Assembly (NCBI RefSeq): GCF_001194135.2
Contig: NC_068993.1
Location: 730,730-794,729, forward strand
DNA: 64,000 nucleotides
Direction of reading: 5' to 3'
From: Octopus bimaculoides
Taxonomy: Eukaryota
In this document: piece after piece, positions 37,394-50,400 of the stretch
How the letters are laid out: every line of letters starts with the position of its first letter
Numbering within the stretch: the first letter of the stretch is position 1
Made by a program: the position numbers and the translations under genes
Notes under the pieces: generated by a model
Seen by the model: only the letters and a program-made list of their open reading frames with translations
What the model was told of the DNA's origin: nothing
The model's database searches: none

Positions 37394-39749
37394 CAAATGT
37401 ATATTGGTGTGAACAGTAAACTAATGCATGAAACTTGTAATCAAGCATTCTATTCATCATCATCATCATCATCACCTTTGTTTGCTTTTCCATGCTTTCA
37501 TGGGTTGGACAGTTTTTTTTTCCCAACTGTGTCTCACCTTTGTTGTGTCCCTTTTATTTTCTCCTTTGTGATTATCAACACCCTAAAATCAGCTTCCATC
37601 ACTGTCCATGTCTACCTTGATCTTACACTTCCCCAGTTTTCCTCCACCTGGATTTCCTGGCAGTCCTTTCTCCAAACTCATCCCATGTAATAGAAAATCG
37701 GAAATGATGCCAAGCAGACAGCACTGTATTTGTTGCAAATTTTGATCTCTGATTCCTTTCTTTTCAAGCAATAAAAACTATAAAACACAAAATTGTTTAC
37801 GGCTGTCATAAATAGATCCCCAACCTGTGGAGGCACTGAAAGTAAAATGACTAAAACAATATTACGGTAATCAATATATTTTCATGTAATTCCATAGAAA
37901 ATTGTAAAAAAATTGAGTGGCAAACAACAATTTAGGTCATATTATTCCCAATTTGGTGGCGATGGGTTGTAAATGGATTAAAATGTTGAGCTGTGAGGTT
38001 TTAATGTCTTTTAATGTGTGCAGCAGAGTTCTTAACCTAAATTTCAATCTGTAAACAAACTGTGAAAGAATTTAGTGGTAAAAGAAATAGCGGAAGACCT
38101 TTTTATTGATGTTCTGATCAAATATGACTTAAAAGTAACAGTTCAGATTTAATTGGAAATGGCAGATGGTTTCAAGTAACAAATTTTATTGTGTATATTT
38201 CGGACGTTTGAAGTTAAGTTCCATAAAATTCCATGTTAGATTCACATGACGACTAATAATAAGTTTAGTGGATTTTATTGAGTAAATTTTCTTCAGTGTA
38301 TAAGTACAGTGTTTTCTGTCTTTTACAATACATGTTATAGTAAAACCTTGGCTATAATAATATTGGCAATGTGGATGAGTAAAACACAATCTCTTTGACA
38401 GGATTCTTTTTATTTTAGCAGCAGATAACAACTGTTTTGTGTAAGATGTAACTTTGTAACAAGCTAAGGAAAAGGAAATATAAAGAATCTCTCTCTCTCT
38501 TTCGCTCTCCCTCTCTCTCTCTCTTTCGCTCTCCCTCTCTCTCTCTTTCTCTCTCCTTCTCTCTCTCTCTTTGGAAACATAAAAGTTGAAGCATTGTTTA
38601 TTTATAACAAGGTCTGTCTTCTTTTGTTGTTGTCATGGTGATAGTTTGTTGAAGTCAAAGGCATATATATATATATATATCTCAGGCTGTGGGTGGGTGC
38701 ATGCCAGCTGAGCATGAAATGCACAGATATTACCCCCAGGGAATTTTTCAAATTGTTTTTTCTTCTTCATGCATTGTAGGATGGTTTTGTAAGTATTCAT
38801 AAATTTTGCTAAAGATTCACTGAGGAATTGTGAAAACGTTTTAGAACAGATAGGCATTGAGGCTTTATATTTGTGTATATAAAGTATGTATGTATATATG
38901 TATACAGTGAATTTTAGAGGAAACTCTTCAGTCTTATCAGTGACATTTCAGTGAACTGTACCCATGCCATGAAATTGTCAGTGATCGGGGCGACATCTAT
39001 GGACAGCCATAAAAATAACAACACTCCCCGACACTACAGAGTTGGCCTGTTGTTTCTCTGTTGCTGGGTGGATGGGTGGTGGTGAGCAGATATTGGGAGA
39101 CCTGTTCAGTTCCTAACAGTTTATAGAGAAATGGAAAAGGAAGATAATAATTCAGTGTCCATCAGATATGCTCTATCCTGTTAATATATTAACAGAGTTG
39201 AAACTCTCTACAGTAAACACTTTTATCTTCATGGAGCTGAGTGTAATTAACCTCTCTTACTAATCATTTTTAAAGTGTAGAGAAGCTTTATCAGTAATGA
39301 GTATTTGATATTTTATTAAAAAACAAATTACTGTTTCAAATTTTGGCTCAAGGCCAGCAATTTTGGGGGAGGAAGTAAGTCGATTACATCAACCCCCAGT
39401 GTTCAACTGGTCCTTATTTTCTCTTCCATTGTTTCCTTCTACAGGGATCTCCTGATACTTCTTTATTCTACTCTCATCCATGATGATGATGATGATGATG
39501 ATGTATCACATGTTCGCACCAGTGCAGTCTTTTCTCTTGCACAAACGACGACGACATCTGATCCACTTATAAAGAATTTTTCTCTCAGCTTCCCTGTGCC
39601 CATCATTCATAGACCCTAATTAACAGGACACCAGCATGGAAAACAGATGTTAAATGATGATAATTCAATGGAGTAGGCTGTTCTTTTCTTTTTCTTTTCC
39701 TGTCCACCCTTTATACATCCCCCACTATTCAATACTCGCTTCCAGTTCC

Positions 39750-40125
39750 TTTGCAACAACACACTTCATCTACGAGTCTCGTACAACTTTGTTCATAGGA
39801 GAAGCCTTCTGTTGTTCCTTGAAGTAAGAGACTATCTCAGTGTGTCCCATCCTCTTCTTATTGTGGTTACTATGCCTTCAGTAGGTTGTCTTTTAGACAT
39901 TTCCAGTTATTGGCTTCATTATTCATCTTTGTTGCTGACTCCACATTGTAAATATAACCTGGAATCTCTGTGATCACAGAGTCATCTACATCTTTCCTTC
40001 CATGCTTGTAGGAGTTGAACAAGTCTTTATCAGTTCCTGACCTGTTGCAAGTCCTTACCTCATTTTTGAGGTTCAGCATCCTGATTCCACCTTTTACCAT
40101 TTCCCATGTCTTTTTTCTCATGTCT
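39750..40125 (-). mobile_element. Highly decayed RTE-like fragment
   Basis: NWKCLKDNLLKA resembles the endonuclease-RT linker of RTE elements, and the piece lies next to the RT fragment. Confidence 0.4.
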
Positions 40126-40198
40126 CTAGATTCCTTCCATTGGCACTTCTTTCACAAATTGCTATCATTCTTCTACATCACCTGCCTGTACCACCACC

Positions 40199-40234
<36 letters not shown>

Positions 40235-40569
40235 TCCTTACACCTGATTCCTTTTCAGTCAGTTGTTCTTTATTCTCTCTCTCTCTCAACTCATTTATGC
40301 TCTGTCGTTCAGTCACACTAACATTGCACATCCATGCTGCTCATTTCATTTCTTTCTCATCTTCATAGGCTCTCTGCACCCAATGTTCACTTTTTACTAC
40401 CCTTCAACATCACATTCCATACTCATGTCTCAAACAATTTAAGGAGAACCCTTTTATTGCCTGGAGATGTTATAATAGATCTCTCAACATTTTCTTTTCT
40501 GTGCTTTACTTTCAGAACTTTCACCTCCACCGCTGATTAGGCCATCTAAGTAACAGAAGCTGTTGACTA

Positions 40570-40900
40570 CTTTTAGGGAGCCTTTCAGGTATTTCAAGGA
40601 ATTTATTTTATGGGTGCTTCTTGCACTGCCAACAATTTAGTTTTGGCAGGGTTTACTTTATGACCTCTTAATTCCATATTTGGTATTTCTTCTCTAATCC
40701 TTAAACATATCTATGAGAACTTGGTTATTAGCAAACTGAAGTTCCTGTAGATAGCTGGTCTTAAACTCATCCATCTAGCTACAGAACAGGGTCCTCTGTT
40801 TTAGACTTTCTCCTGGTCAATGAGTGCCAAGTATAGCGGTTGGCTCTTAGCTATACTCTTCCCCTGTAATTGTCTGACTTGTATCATATTTATTCATAGC
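40570..40900 (-). mobile_element. Degenerate RTE reverse transcriptase fragment
   Basis: QVRQLQGKSIAKSQPLYLALIDQEKV (40805-40881) resembles VRQLQEKYLAKxKPLYxAFVDLEKAF. ELQFANNQVLI (40709-40747) is a decayed ELLYADDLVLI. Confidence 0.7.
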
Positions 40901-42314
40901 CTATGCTCTATTGGTTCTCTCAATTTCTTATGAAACCTTTCTTTATGAAGGTAGGGTGTGATTTGAGGGAGATTTGGTTTCTCTTTTTGTCTAGCAGATC
41001 AAATAGCCAGACAGAAGTGCCATCATCCTCAGAAGTAACCCCTTCCCTCCATTTGAGACAGTCCTCACAACTCCTCTCCAAAACTCATGATCCTACATTA
41101 TCACATCACAAGGTCTTGCATGTCACATTCTGAATCTCAAGTGGTTACATCTTGATAAGAGAGTTGGTGATTTTTCTCACCAGGTGGCTGAGGTCTCCAA
41201 AACACAAATGATAACCCCTAAAGCAGTACCCAACAAATTGTACTCTACATTGTGTCACTATTTGAGAGAGGAATGGAAAAGTTCCATGAGTTTCAGTGTT
41301 AGGTGGGTTTTCTATGAAAGGTTTTATGCCCTTCATGGAAACCAAGTCTAACAGCTACCTGATAGTCTTTTGATTTTTGGAAACCTTTTAGGAAGTGTCC
41401 ATATTTCTGAACCATACAAAGGAATTCAATTGATTTTAAAGGATTGTCTTCAATTAGATGCCTAAATAGTAAGCAATTCAAAGCAAGCTGACTATACAGT
41501 TGAGAAAATCCCTTATTGATCTCATCACATATGAACCAAAGAAAATACAGTTGGAATGTAAACTATTGATGCCATTAAAGTCCTTAACATTATCCTTAAG
41601 CTTTCAGATGTAACTTCAGGAATTCTTCAAGTGCTTTTCTTTTTATTATTCTTCAACTATCAGTGGATACAGTAAGTAGTAAAACTCTTCTTTTTACTCC
41701 AAGACAATTCTCATGCTATCCATCCATGCATGGAACTAACACGTAAATAATCTTGCACTTTAGGTTTAATTCCTTAAATGATGCATAGAGGGCACTAGTT
41801 TCCAACAGTGGGGGTGGGGTGGGGATTTGCCAAAATGATCAAAATAACAGAATCCTTTCATCTTTGGCATCAAAAGATGAAACAGATTAAATGTAATAAT
41901 AATAAATTGAGTAGATGAGACTTCCTCATTGGCCCACCACAGGTGATATTGGCTAATCCAGGGCCAACCTTCACTGCCTTTTTGGATGGGCAGCTACAAT
42001 AAGACAGTGGTCTTTTAATTTTTAAGTAAGGGGAAGTGTGATTTTCTGGAGAAATACTTGCAATTTCTTCCCAGCTTAGGGGCTGCATGGAGTTTACATT
42101 TGTTGAGTTGTATCAGTGTAGGGGAGAGTGAGATTGAGTGGTCGGACGGAGGCTGCATGGTTGTTGTGTTGGGAGGGAAACTAGACATTAGCAGCCTCGT
42201 GTTGTGTGCAAGAAAGAAGTCTCCACTGGTATGGTGGTGATATTTCTAGCTGTATATAATATTTGTTCTAGCAGATCAGGTTGATGATGAGATAATGCTT
42301 TCATCTATTTTCAG

Positions 42315-42335
42315 TTTGGTTTTTGTGAAAGCAGT
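42315..42335 (+). other. 5' portion of the first coding exon, downstream of acceptor ctattttcAG (42313-42314)
   Basis: Pyrimidine tract plus CAG 21 nt upstream of the ATG implies an upstream exon. A second possible acceptor is gcAG at 42333-42334. Confidence 0.65.
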
Positions 42336-42713
42336 ATGGGGAAACAAAACAGTAAGCTGAAGCCTGAGGTTCTTGAAGATTTGCGCAGAAATACAGAATT
42401 TTCTGAAGTGGAACTACAAGAATGGTATAAAGGCTTTTTGAAAGATTGCCCGAGTGGGAATTTATCAGTTGAAGAATTTAAAAAAATATATGGAAACTTC
42501 TTCCCTTATGGGGATGCTTCAAAATTTGCAGAACATGTATTTCGTACTTTTGATACAAATGCAGATGGTACAATAGATTTCCGTGAATTTATTTGTGCTT
42601 TGAGTGTGACATCAAGAGGGAAACTTGAGCAAAAGTTACGCTGGGCGTTCACCATGTATGATGTTGATGGAAATGGTTATATCTCTCGCCAGGAAATGCT
42701 TGAGATAGTCACT
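42336..42713 (+). CDS. NCALD: Neurocalcin homolog (NCS family, Drosophila Nca / vertebrate NCALD-HPCAL1 group), coding exon 1, codons 1-126
   Basis: Translation [16 protein letters not shown]...EMLEIVT closely matches neurocalcin as I recall it. It has the MGxxxS myristoylation motif, disabled EF1 (DCPSG), EF2 [12 protein letters not shown] and EF3 [12 protein letters not shown]. Strong Kozak context (agtATGg). Ends at phase-0 donor ACT|GTAAGT (42714). The symbol indicates subfamily, not strict one-to-one orthology. Confidence 0.96.
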
Positions 42714-43899
42714 GTAAGTATGATTTTCCCAATCGTTTTGTGTAAAACTTAATCTAACAAAATTCAGTCATTCTTGAAACACTTGTTACTAAAATGTCTA
42801 GAGATTAATCCAAGGTAGGTAACTCCATGTAGTAACTCTCCTGCTGTTACCTTCCTTAATATTCCTAACATTTGTTAAATTTGTTTCTTATTTTTGTTGC
42901 TTTAAAAGATTATTGGAATTAATGCATTTAAAATCATTTTGTACATCTGCCTAGTTTAACTATTTTTTAAAAAAATGTAAACGCTTGTGTAAAGAATTGT
43001 TCCTTACTATGTTATCGTTCAATATAATTTATACATTTGCAACCCACACGTGAGAAAATATCATTTGTCTTAACACAATCTCTATTGCAAACTACTTTTT
43101 CTGGTTTAAAATAGTCTTTTTTCTTATTAACGCCTCTATCGTTCTTTCGAATGTGCTTCTGTATATCATAATGCTGAAACTTTTTCCATTTATCTCTCTT
43201 CTCCTGTCTCCCAAACAGATTCCACCTCGACTAACCCTTCTTTAAAATTGGTTCTCTTCCGTTTAACTATGTTCTCCTTCTAAATATCATCCCAGAATTT
43301 GATTATTAATCCTAATCCTAACTCCACTCATTATCATTTCTCACCCAGCAGCACCTTTTTCCATTGAAAGCCGTTTTACAAACATCTCTTTCTCATATTT
43401 TGAAAGAAAAAATAACAGATTATTTTAATCAAACAAAAGTTTTGTGCAGTGGTTTATTGTTATTATTATTTCTTTTCTCTTTCATCCAACATATTAGATT
43501 TTTAAATATTTACATAGAATTGTGTCCTCTACGTTAAATTACAAAAGAAGGCAAGGACTTCTCTAATGAAATTCTATTGAACCTTGGTACATCATCAGCC
43601 ATGTTTCTCCTCACTCATAGCACAATGTCCTTCCTTCCTTCCTTGTAATTTAATCCCAACAGATTTTTTAGAAATAAGTTTAAAATATAAATATTGTATC
43701 TGGTTTTAAATATTTAATTTCAAAGCAAAAACAAAACCCTCTAAACAATCAGCCCCCCCCCCACATCCCCATGACATTTGCCCTGTCCCTTGTATTGTAA
43801 ATTCTACATGTGTTTGGTAAAAATGGGATTGCTTTTGTCAGTTGTAGACCCATCTCAACTTGTCCGCTGTGCATTTTACAAATACAGAGTGAATATGTG

Positions 43900-44462
43900 T
43901 GTATTCTGCTCCGTCGGCTGTGTAGTGTCAGTGTACGTGTGCAACAGAGCACTGGTGTACTTAGAGAGAAGTTAGGCATAAGAGGAACTAGATGCTCCGT
44001 GCAGGAGAGAAGACTGCACTGGTTTGGTCATGTGATGTGGATGGTTGATGACAACTGCATAAAGAAGTGATGATAACTAAAATGGAGGGAAATTGTGGAA
44101 GAGGGAGACCTAGGAAGACACGGGATGAGGTAGTGAAGGCTGATCTCAAAACACTGAGCCCTATGAAAGAGATGACAGCGGACCGAGATATGTGGCACAT
44201 TGCTGTACTCAGGAAGACCTGCCCACCACAGCAGAATTGAGATCCTAAAACCAAAGTGCCACGTAAAAAGCATTGGTGCTGGTGCTGTGTCAAAAACATC
44301 CAGTACACTCCATGGAATGGCTGGTGTTAGAAAGGGCATCCAGTTGTAGAAACCAAACCAAAACAAACTATGGAGCCTGGTACAGCCCTGGTCTTGCTAG
44401 TTCCTGTCAAACTGTCCAACTCCTGCCAGCTTGGAAAACAGACATTTGATGATGATGATGAT
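43900..44462 (+). mobile_element. 5'-truncated RTE-clade LINE 3' end, in the neurocalcin intron
   Basis: Reads LREKLGIRGTRCSVQERRLHWFGHVMWM...GRGRPRKTRDEVVKADLK, a typical RTE C-terminus. Followed by a 3' tail (ggaagggcatccag-type motif) ending in (GAT)n. Confidence 0.88.
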
Positions 44463-46258
44463 GTGTGTGTGTGTATGTGTTTATTGCATCATGGTGCTGT
44501 TTTTTTTTCTCACAGACGGTGCCCAACTGACCCTACCATACTGTGTAGTTGACAAAATCAAAAACAAACGATGCGCATGTGCAAAATTAAAAATATAAAA
44601 TGGCAGCAATTTACCTATCACACCCTGTATATTTTATTATAAATCAGCAGAAGTTACAGAGTGACCCAATGACCAAAAGTTTCATGGAATGGTACCAGTG
44701 AAACTTTGAGAGGTGCCAATGCATGAACCTTTTGGCCCTTCTGCCCCTGTATATTAAGGAATTGATTGCTTTTATGACATCCACTTTAAAAAAAGAAAAA
44801 CCAAATAAAATCTCCAGTTGACAATTTCATTTTTTTTCTTTTCAGCTAATCTCACTCTTTATCAAGTTTTATCTCCTCCTTCTTGACTGTCTCAATGCCA
44901 AGAAACTCTGTGCTTCTGCCAATTTCTTCTACCATTTTACACATCATATTTCTTGGCTCAACTTCAACTGAAATATTCTAAGAGTTGACTTCACAGATGG
45001 AACGATCTTTATTATGTTCTTATTTTTGGTGTTCAGTTTTGTCTGATTTTCAAACCATTCATCCACAAAGAGGTTTGCTATGCTCCACTGAAGATGTTCA
45101 TTTTAGTAGATTCCCAAAAGGTAATATTTATATATAGCAGAGCACAGACTATAGTCCACCCCTGGAGCCTCCACCCTGCTCCCCAACCTTGATACAAAGC
45201 CAAATAAACCTGTAATGGAATTTAGCCCTAACACCAACCAATCTATTGCTTGACACTGATATGTCTTGCACTAATCTCACACTGTCCTTTATTGTTAATA
45301 TTATCATCATTATTATTATTATTATTATTACCTTCAGTTATCAGGAGTGTGGTGTTCGTTTGGAATCCATTACCACCTTCACCACAATATAATTGTGTTA
45401 ACTGTGTTGTTAAGATGTTGGTATGAGTGACATACAAAACCTGCACCAATTTGACATTCATAAAGTAAACCCCCCTCCCCCCGCTATTTCTCTCTCTCTC
45501 ACTCCTACTTTGGTTCTTGTGTTCACTCCTCCCTTTCCTCTCTTATGTTTTCTTTGCTCTCCCCTCACTTCCACCACACAACCACACAGAAATGCTCGCT
45601 GTTGCTTATTTTCACCCCATTTCAATAATGTCTGTTTCCTTTCAGAAGTTTTGTTGGAGCATTGGGGAAAATGTCTTCTACTATTTCTTCTGACTCCTTA
45701 TGATTTGAGTTCAAATCCTACCAAAGTCAACTTTGCCTTTCATTTATTCAGGGCTCAATCACATAAGATTAATGGTAGTGCCTAAATCCCCCCTCCCCTC
45801 AAAATTGCAAACCTTAAGTCTAAATAAGAAACCCATATTTATTTCAAAGAAATTAAACCAACCTCTCTCTCTCTCTTCTTTCCTGGATTGTGCTTGACTG
45901 TCCGACTGCAATGGTTGAATATTCATTTCTAGTTAGAAAAATGGAGCAGTGGACCTCCAGAAAGGGTTAGTACTATCAGGAAGGAATTCGAATGATGTCT
46001 TTAAGTAAGAATTTAGGAAATGTAGAAGAATGACATGTGCTTGGTATATTTAAGTACCTATTGGTACTTTTAGATTTATTCCTTCTGTAATGTTTCATTA
46101 ATAAATAAAGAATTAAAGACATTTGGTTCCAGATCCAGTAAAGAATGTTTCCAAGATTAACACAGATACAAAGACAGCATAAAAATAATTTGAAAATGTC
46201 TTAGTCATGTGGATGAAACATTTATTTGTGTTTGGAATATGAGCAAACTTCGTTTGTT

Positions 46259-46294
<36 letters not shown>

Positions 46295-46308
46295 ATAATA
46301 GATAGATA
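46259..46308. repeat. (GATA)n microsatellite
   Basis: Visible directly. A related (ATCT/ACCT)n tract lies at 56100-56205. Confidence 0.9.
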
Positions 46309-47209
46309 GTCAGAATTAGATACAGTATGATGAAGTTGTCAGCACTTGAGGTAGAGAGTCAGAAGAATCTAACAGTTGACATCATTTGGAATTTGTCATT
46401 TGGGCATAAAACTTTGGAATAGCGGAATGTGGAAATTGTTCCATTTTCCAACTGTGACTATTTCTAATAATGTGTGTGCAAGGGAGTGTGAAGGTGCCTG
46501 ATGCAGTCAGAAGAGAGAGAGAAAGAAGTGTTTTTCTGACCCAGATGTTACACGTTACAAACCTTCCATTGTGTTTCGATGAGGCTTGTTATTCAGACAA
46601 CCCTGTTGTTATGTTGACTGTATAATTAAATGAATGGGGGAAGGAAGGGAGCTGTCGGTTCTGATTCCTCTGCAAGATCCAACTTCCAAAACAGAGAAAA
46701 GGTAAAGTATCTGCTCCAAGTAAATGTGGCTGGGCATGGATGGAGAGGCTTTTCGTGCCTGGAATTGTCTGGAAGAGGATCCAATCATAGAAAGTCTATC
46801 TTTCCAAGTTTCATTTTAACCCTTCCCAGTTTTGAAGAAACAAACCTTGTATATTCTTCCTTTGTCGTCCATTAATTTGTATCAAATATCTAAATTCCAT
46901 TTTAGAGCTGTCTGTCTGTCGAGGCCAACCCTCAACAATTCTAACATTTGGGCAGCTATTCCATCTTTGTGTCAGACAGTTCTTTAAATTGAGTATTGAC
47001 AAACGGTTTACTAATTCTTGACAGGATTTGATGTTCTAGAGATTTTCCTGATTTCATAATGTGTACGCACATGTATGTATATGCATCTTTCTCTCTTACT
47101 CTCTCTCTATCCACACACACACAAATCTGTGCATACATATCTCTGTTTACAAACATAATGGTTTTTCTTTATCCTCTTGTTCTTTAAAAAAAAAAATTCT
47201 TTATTGTAG

Positions 47210-47407
47210 GCCATTTACAAAATGGTGGGAACGGTCATGAAAATGCCCGAAGATGAGTCTACCCCAGAAAAACGAACAGACAAGATATTTCGTCAAATGG
47301 ATAAAAATTTGGATGGGAAATTATCTCTGGCTGAATTTATTGAAGGAGCAAAAAGTGATCCGTCAATTGTACGACTGTTGCAGTGTGATCCGAGTTCACA
47401 GAGTTAG
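47210..47407 (+). CDS. NCALD: Neurocalcin homolog, coding exon 2, codons 127-191 plus TAG
   Basis: Acceptor ttctttattgtAG|GCC (47209/47210). Reads [65 protein letters not shown], including EF4. Joins exon 1 in frame to give 191 aa. Confidence 0.96.
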   Translation, partial: AIYKMVGTVMKMPEDESTPEKRTDKIFRQMDKNLDGKLSLAEFIEGAKSDPSIVRLLQCDPSSQS

Positions 47408-50400
47408 TTATCTTCTAACATACTGTTTTGGCGCTATCGGCCTTGGGTCATTTACATCCTACTGAACAAATGCCGCAGTTCTTGATGATAATGATACAGA
47501 TGTATTTTCCATTTTGTTGGATCTGATATGTTTGTAAAGACTGAAACTCACTGCTGATTTTTTGGTGTTTGGTTGAACAGCCTACATCTAAGCTTGTGAA
47601 CATTCTTCACAACACACTGAATTTTTATGCAGCAACATTACATAAACACATTTTCATATTTATGAAGATACAGCTTCATACTTTAAATAAATCTTACAAT
47701 ATAATTTTAATTTCAAGACATTCTCTCATTATCTTGATTAATAAAAACACTTTAAGTTTAGATATATAAATAGACAGGCAAGAGTTAGCTTGTTTACACG
47801 TTGAGCTGTAAATTAAAACCTTCCTACAAACTATATCTTGAATCATTTAGATTTTAAGATTTTTTTGTATTTAATTTTATCTTTAATTATTTTCTAATTA
47901 TCCTTAGACTTTGACATATTCCTGTAGTCAGTAACAAATGAAAATGTTTTGCAATTTTAAAACTTCTAAATTATAATTTATTCATATATTCCTGAAAAAT
48001 AAAATTGGCACCTAAATTCTTTGACTAGTAGGTTTAGATTTCGAGTCTTTGACATCATGAAATATGAATTCTTCAGTTATAATAAGACAAAAAAAAATAT
48101 TGTTAAAAAAAAAATGTAGCTTAAAAGCGTAAAAGTAATAAGCTTAAGAGGCAATTTTAAAAATAAAATCCTGAATTCCTTTCACAAGACATTTAAAACA
48201 ATTTCAGTTGATGACAAAAACATTTAATGTTAAGGTAACTGAATTTAAAATATTTAAATTTATTTTAAATTATAAAAAATATATATTGCTATGTGCCCTT
48301 TGTACAGAATTAAATACTAAAATAGGATTTTGTAGATTATCAACAGAATTTAAAAAATGATAAACTGGCTGACAGCTTTCATTAATTGAAAGGAGTCGTT
48401 TGTTTAAATTATCTTTTGGTTTTAATTACGGATCATTTTTTTCTGTTTTCCATTCTTTTAGTCTTTCTACCTTTTATAATTAATTAACTCTCTGATAATG
48501 ATGATAATTATGAAGCACCTGTTTATTATAAACTGCAACAGTTCTACCTTTGTCGTAGGCTATCATCGTTTTGGTAGAGATTTAGTTTTTACATTAATTC
48601 CTGCTTTTCTCCCATTGACTCCAAGACTCTGCTGTTAGTTCCCCCCCACTTTAAAGAAAATTTTTTTTTTTAACCCTGAAACTAAATCAGCCGTGAATTT
48701 CTCAGTGCTCCCACTTACTCTGCTAATTGGATTAGCTAGAGAATATTGTTAATCATTCCAGTCACAAAATGTTGTGACCTTGACTAATCTTTATTCCTGA
48801 ATTGTTTGTTAAAAATGTTATTTTGTTCTTTAAGAAAAAAAAAAAAAAAACCCAGAAAAATTCTAGTTTATACATGGAGACATCTTCTAGTGCTTTATGT
48901 ATGATATAAATCTTTTTTTTTTTTTTTTCAGAAAGCCTATGTGATTTTGTTCATCTTTAAGATTTCATTTTAACTATTATTATTATTATTATTAACTCAA
49001 TAAAAGATTTCAATATTTTAACAATATGGAATTGTAAACTTTTAGCTTAAACTTTTTTTGCTTTATTCAAATTTCAATTTTAAAATGGAGGGGAGGAGGT
49101 ATAGTTTTATTTATTTTTTTTTTTTGCTGCGTTATTTAGGCTTAAGAGTTAATCATTTCTCATTACACAAATTTTAACGAAGCTTTACCCTTTCTCATTA
49201 TATCTCATATCAGATGTTTGCATATATTTTTCATTTCTCTTACTGTTGAACAACTGAATTCATTAATAAAAAAAAAGAAGTAAAATGAAAAAATACTTTT
49301 ATCTGTGTAAATATTAAAAAAAAAATTGCTTCTGCTAAAATTGACATTTTTTTCCCTTTCTGAACCTTGAAATTGTTAGATTTCTTTTTATTCTGTTTCT
49401 GTTTTCTGTTGACACCTAATTCCCAAGTTTAGTTGTTCCACAGTATACCTTACTCTGCCTCCACAAAAACTCCTTTCAATTCCATTCGAATTAAGTTGGC
49501 TGAAAAATAGTTACTTTTTCTGGGAGACGTTAATCTTGCTGGTTATTAACCAATTTCTAATTTCTTATTTTTTTTCTTCTGATATTTTCAAGGTGTCTTA
49601 TTAGTGATAATTACATTTACCTTTAACATATAATCATTAGACCTAAAGTAATATTTCTACTAACAATTGATAAGTAATTATTTAACTTTCTACTTTCTAA
49701 TACTTATCTCTGCTGTTGTAAATTAATGCCAAAAAAAAAAAAAAAACCTAAAAATCAAAATAGATTTAATATACTAGATTCCAAATAAAATTATTAAAGG
49801 TTTCCATACATATTATTATTTATTAATATGTGCTTTAATGCAAATCTTAAGTTTAATAAACTAAGAGGTTTGTGTTGATTTGTTCTTTTCTGTAATTAAA
49901 ATCAAGTTTTAAAAAATTTATGAAATAAATTAATTTATTATTTAGTTTATTTAAACAATTAGTTCTGATATTGAGCACTAGTATAATTAGCTGCACTTTA
50001 AAAAAAAAAAGAATTTATTTTCAAAATGTACAGAAAAACATACCTATAAAAAAATTACTTCTAAAGCTGCNNNNNNNNNNNNNNNNNNNNNNNNNNNNNN
50101 NNNNNNNNNNNNNNNNNNNNNNNNNNNNNNNNNNNNNNNNNNNNNNNNNNNNNNNNNNNNNNNNNNNNNNNNNNNNNNNNNNNNNNNNNNNNNNNNNNNN
50201 NNNNNNNNNNNNNNNNNNNNNNNNNNNNNNNNNNNNNNNNNNNNNNNNNNNNNNNNNNNNNNNNNNNNNNNNNNNNNNNNNNNNNNNNNNNNNNNNNNNN
50301 NNNNNNNNNNNNNNNNNNNNNNNNNNNNNNNNNNNNNNNNNNNNNNNNNNNNNNNNNNNNNNNNNNNNNNNNNNNNNNNNNNNNNNNNNNNNNNNNNNNN

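Larger units (their letters stand above)
42714..47209 (+). other. Phase-0 GT-AG intron (4496 nt) within the neurocalcin CDS
   Basis: GTAAGT donor, pyrimidine-rich TAG acceptor, and protein continuity across the junction. Confidence 0.95.

Noticed and set aside
42714-42752. ORF-track tail [12 protein letters not shown] on neurocalcin exon 1
   Set aside because: Read-through into the intron past GTAAGT.
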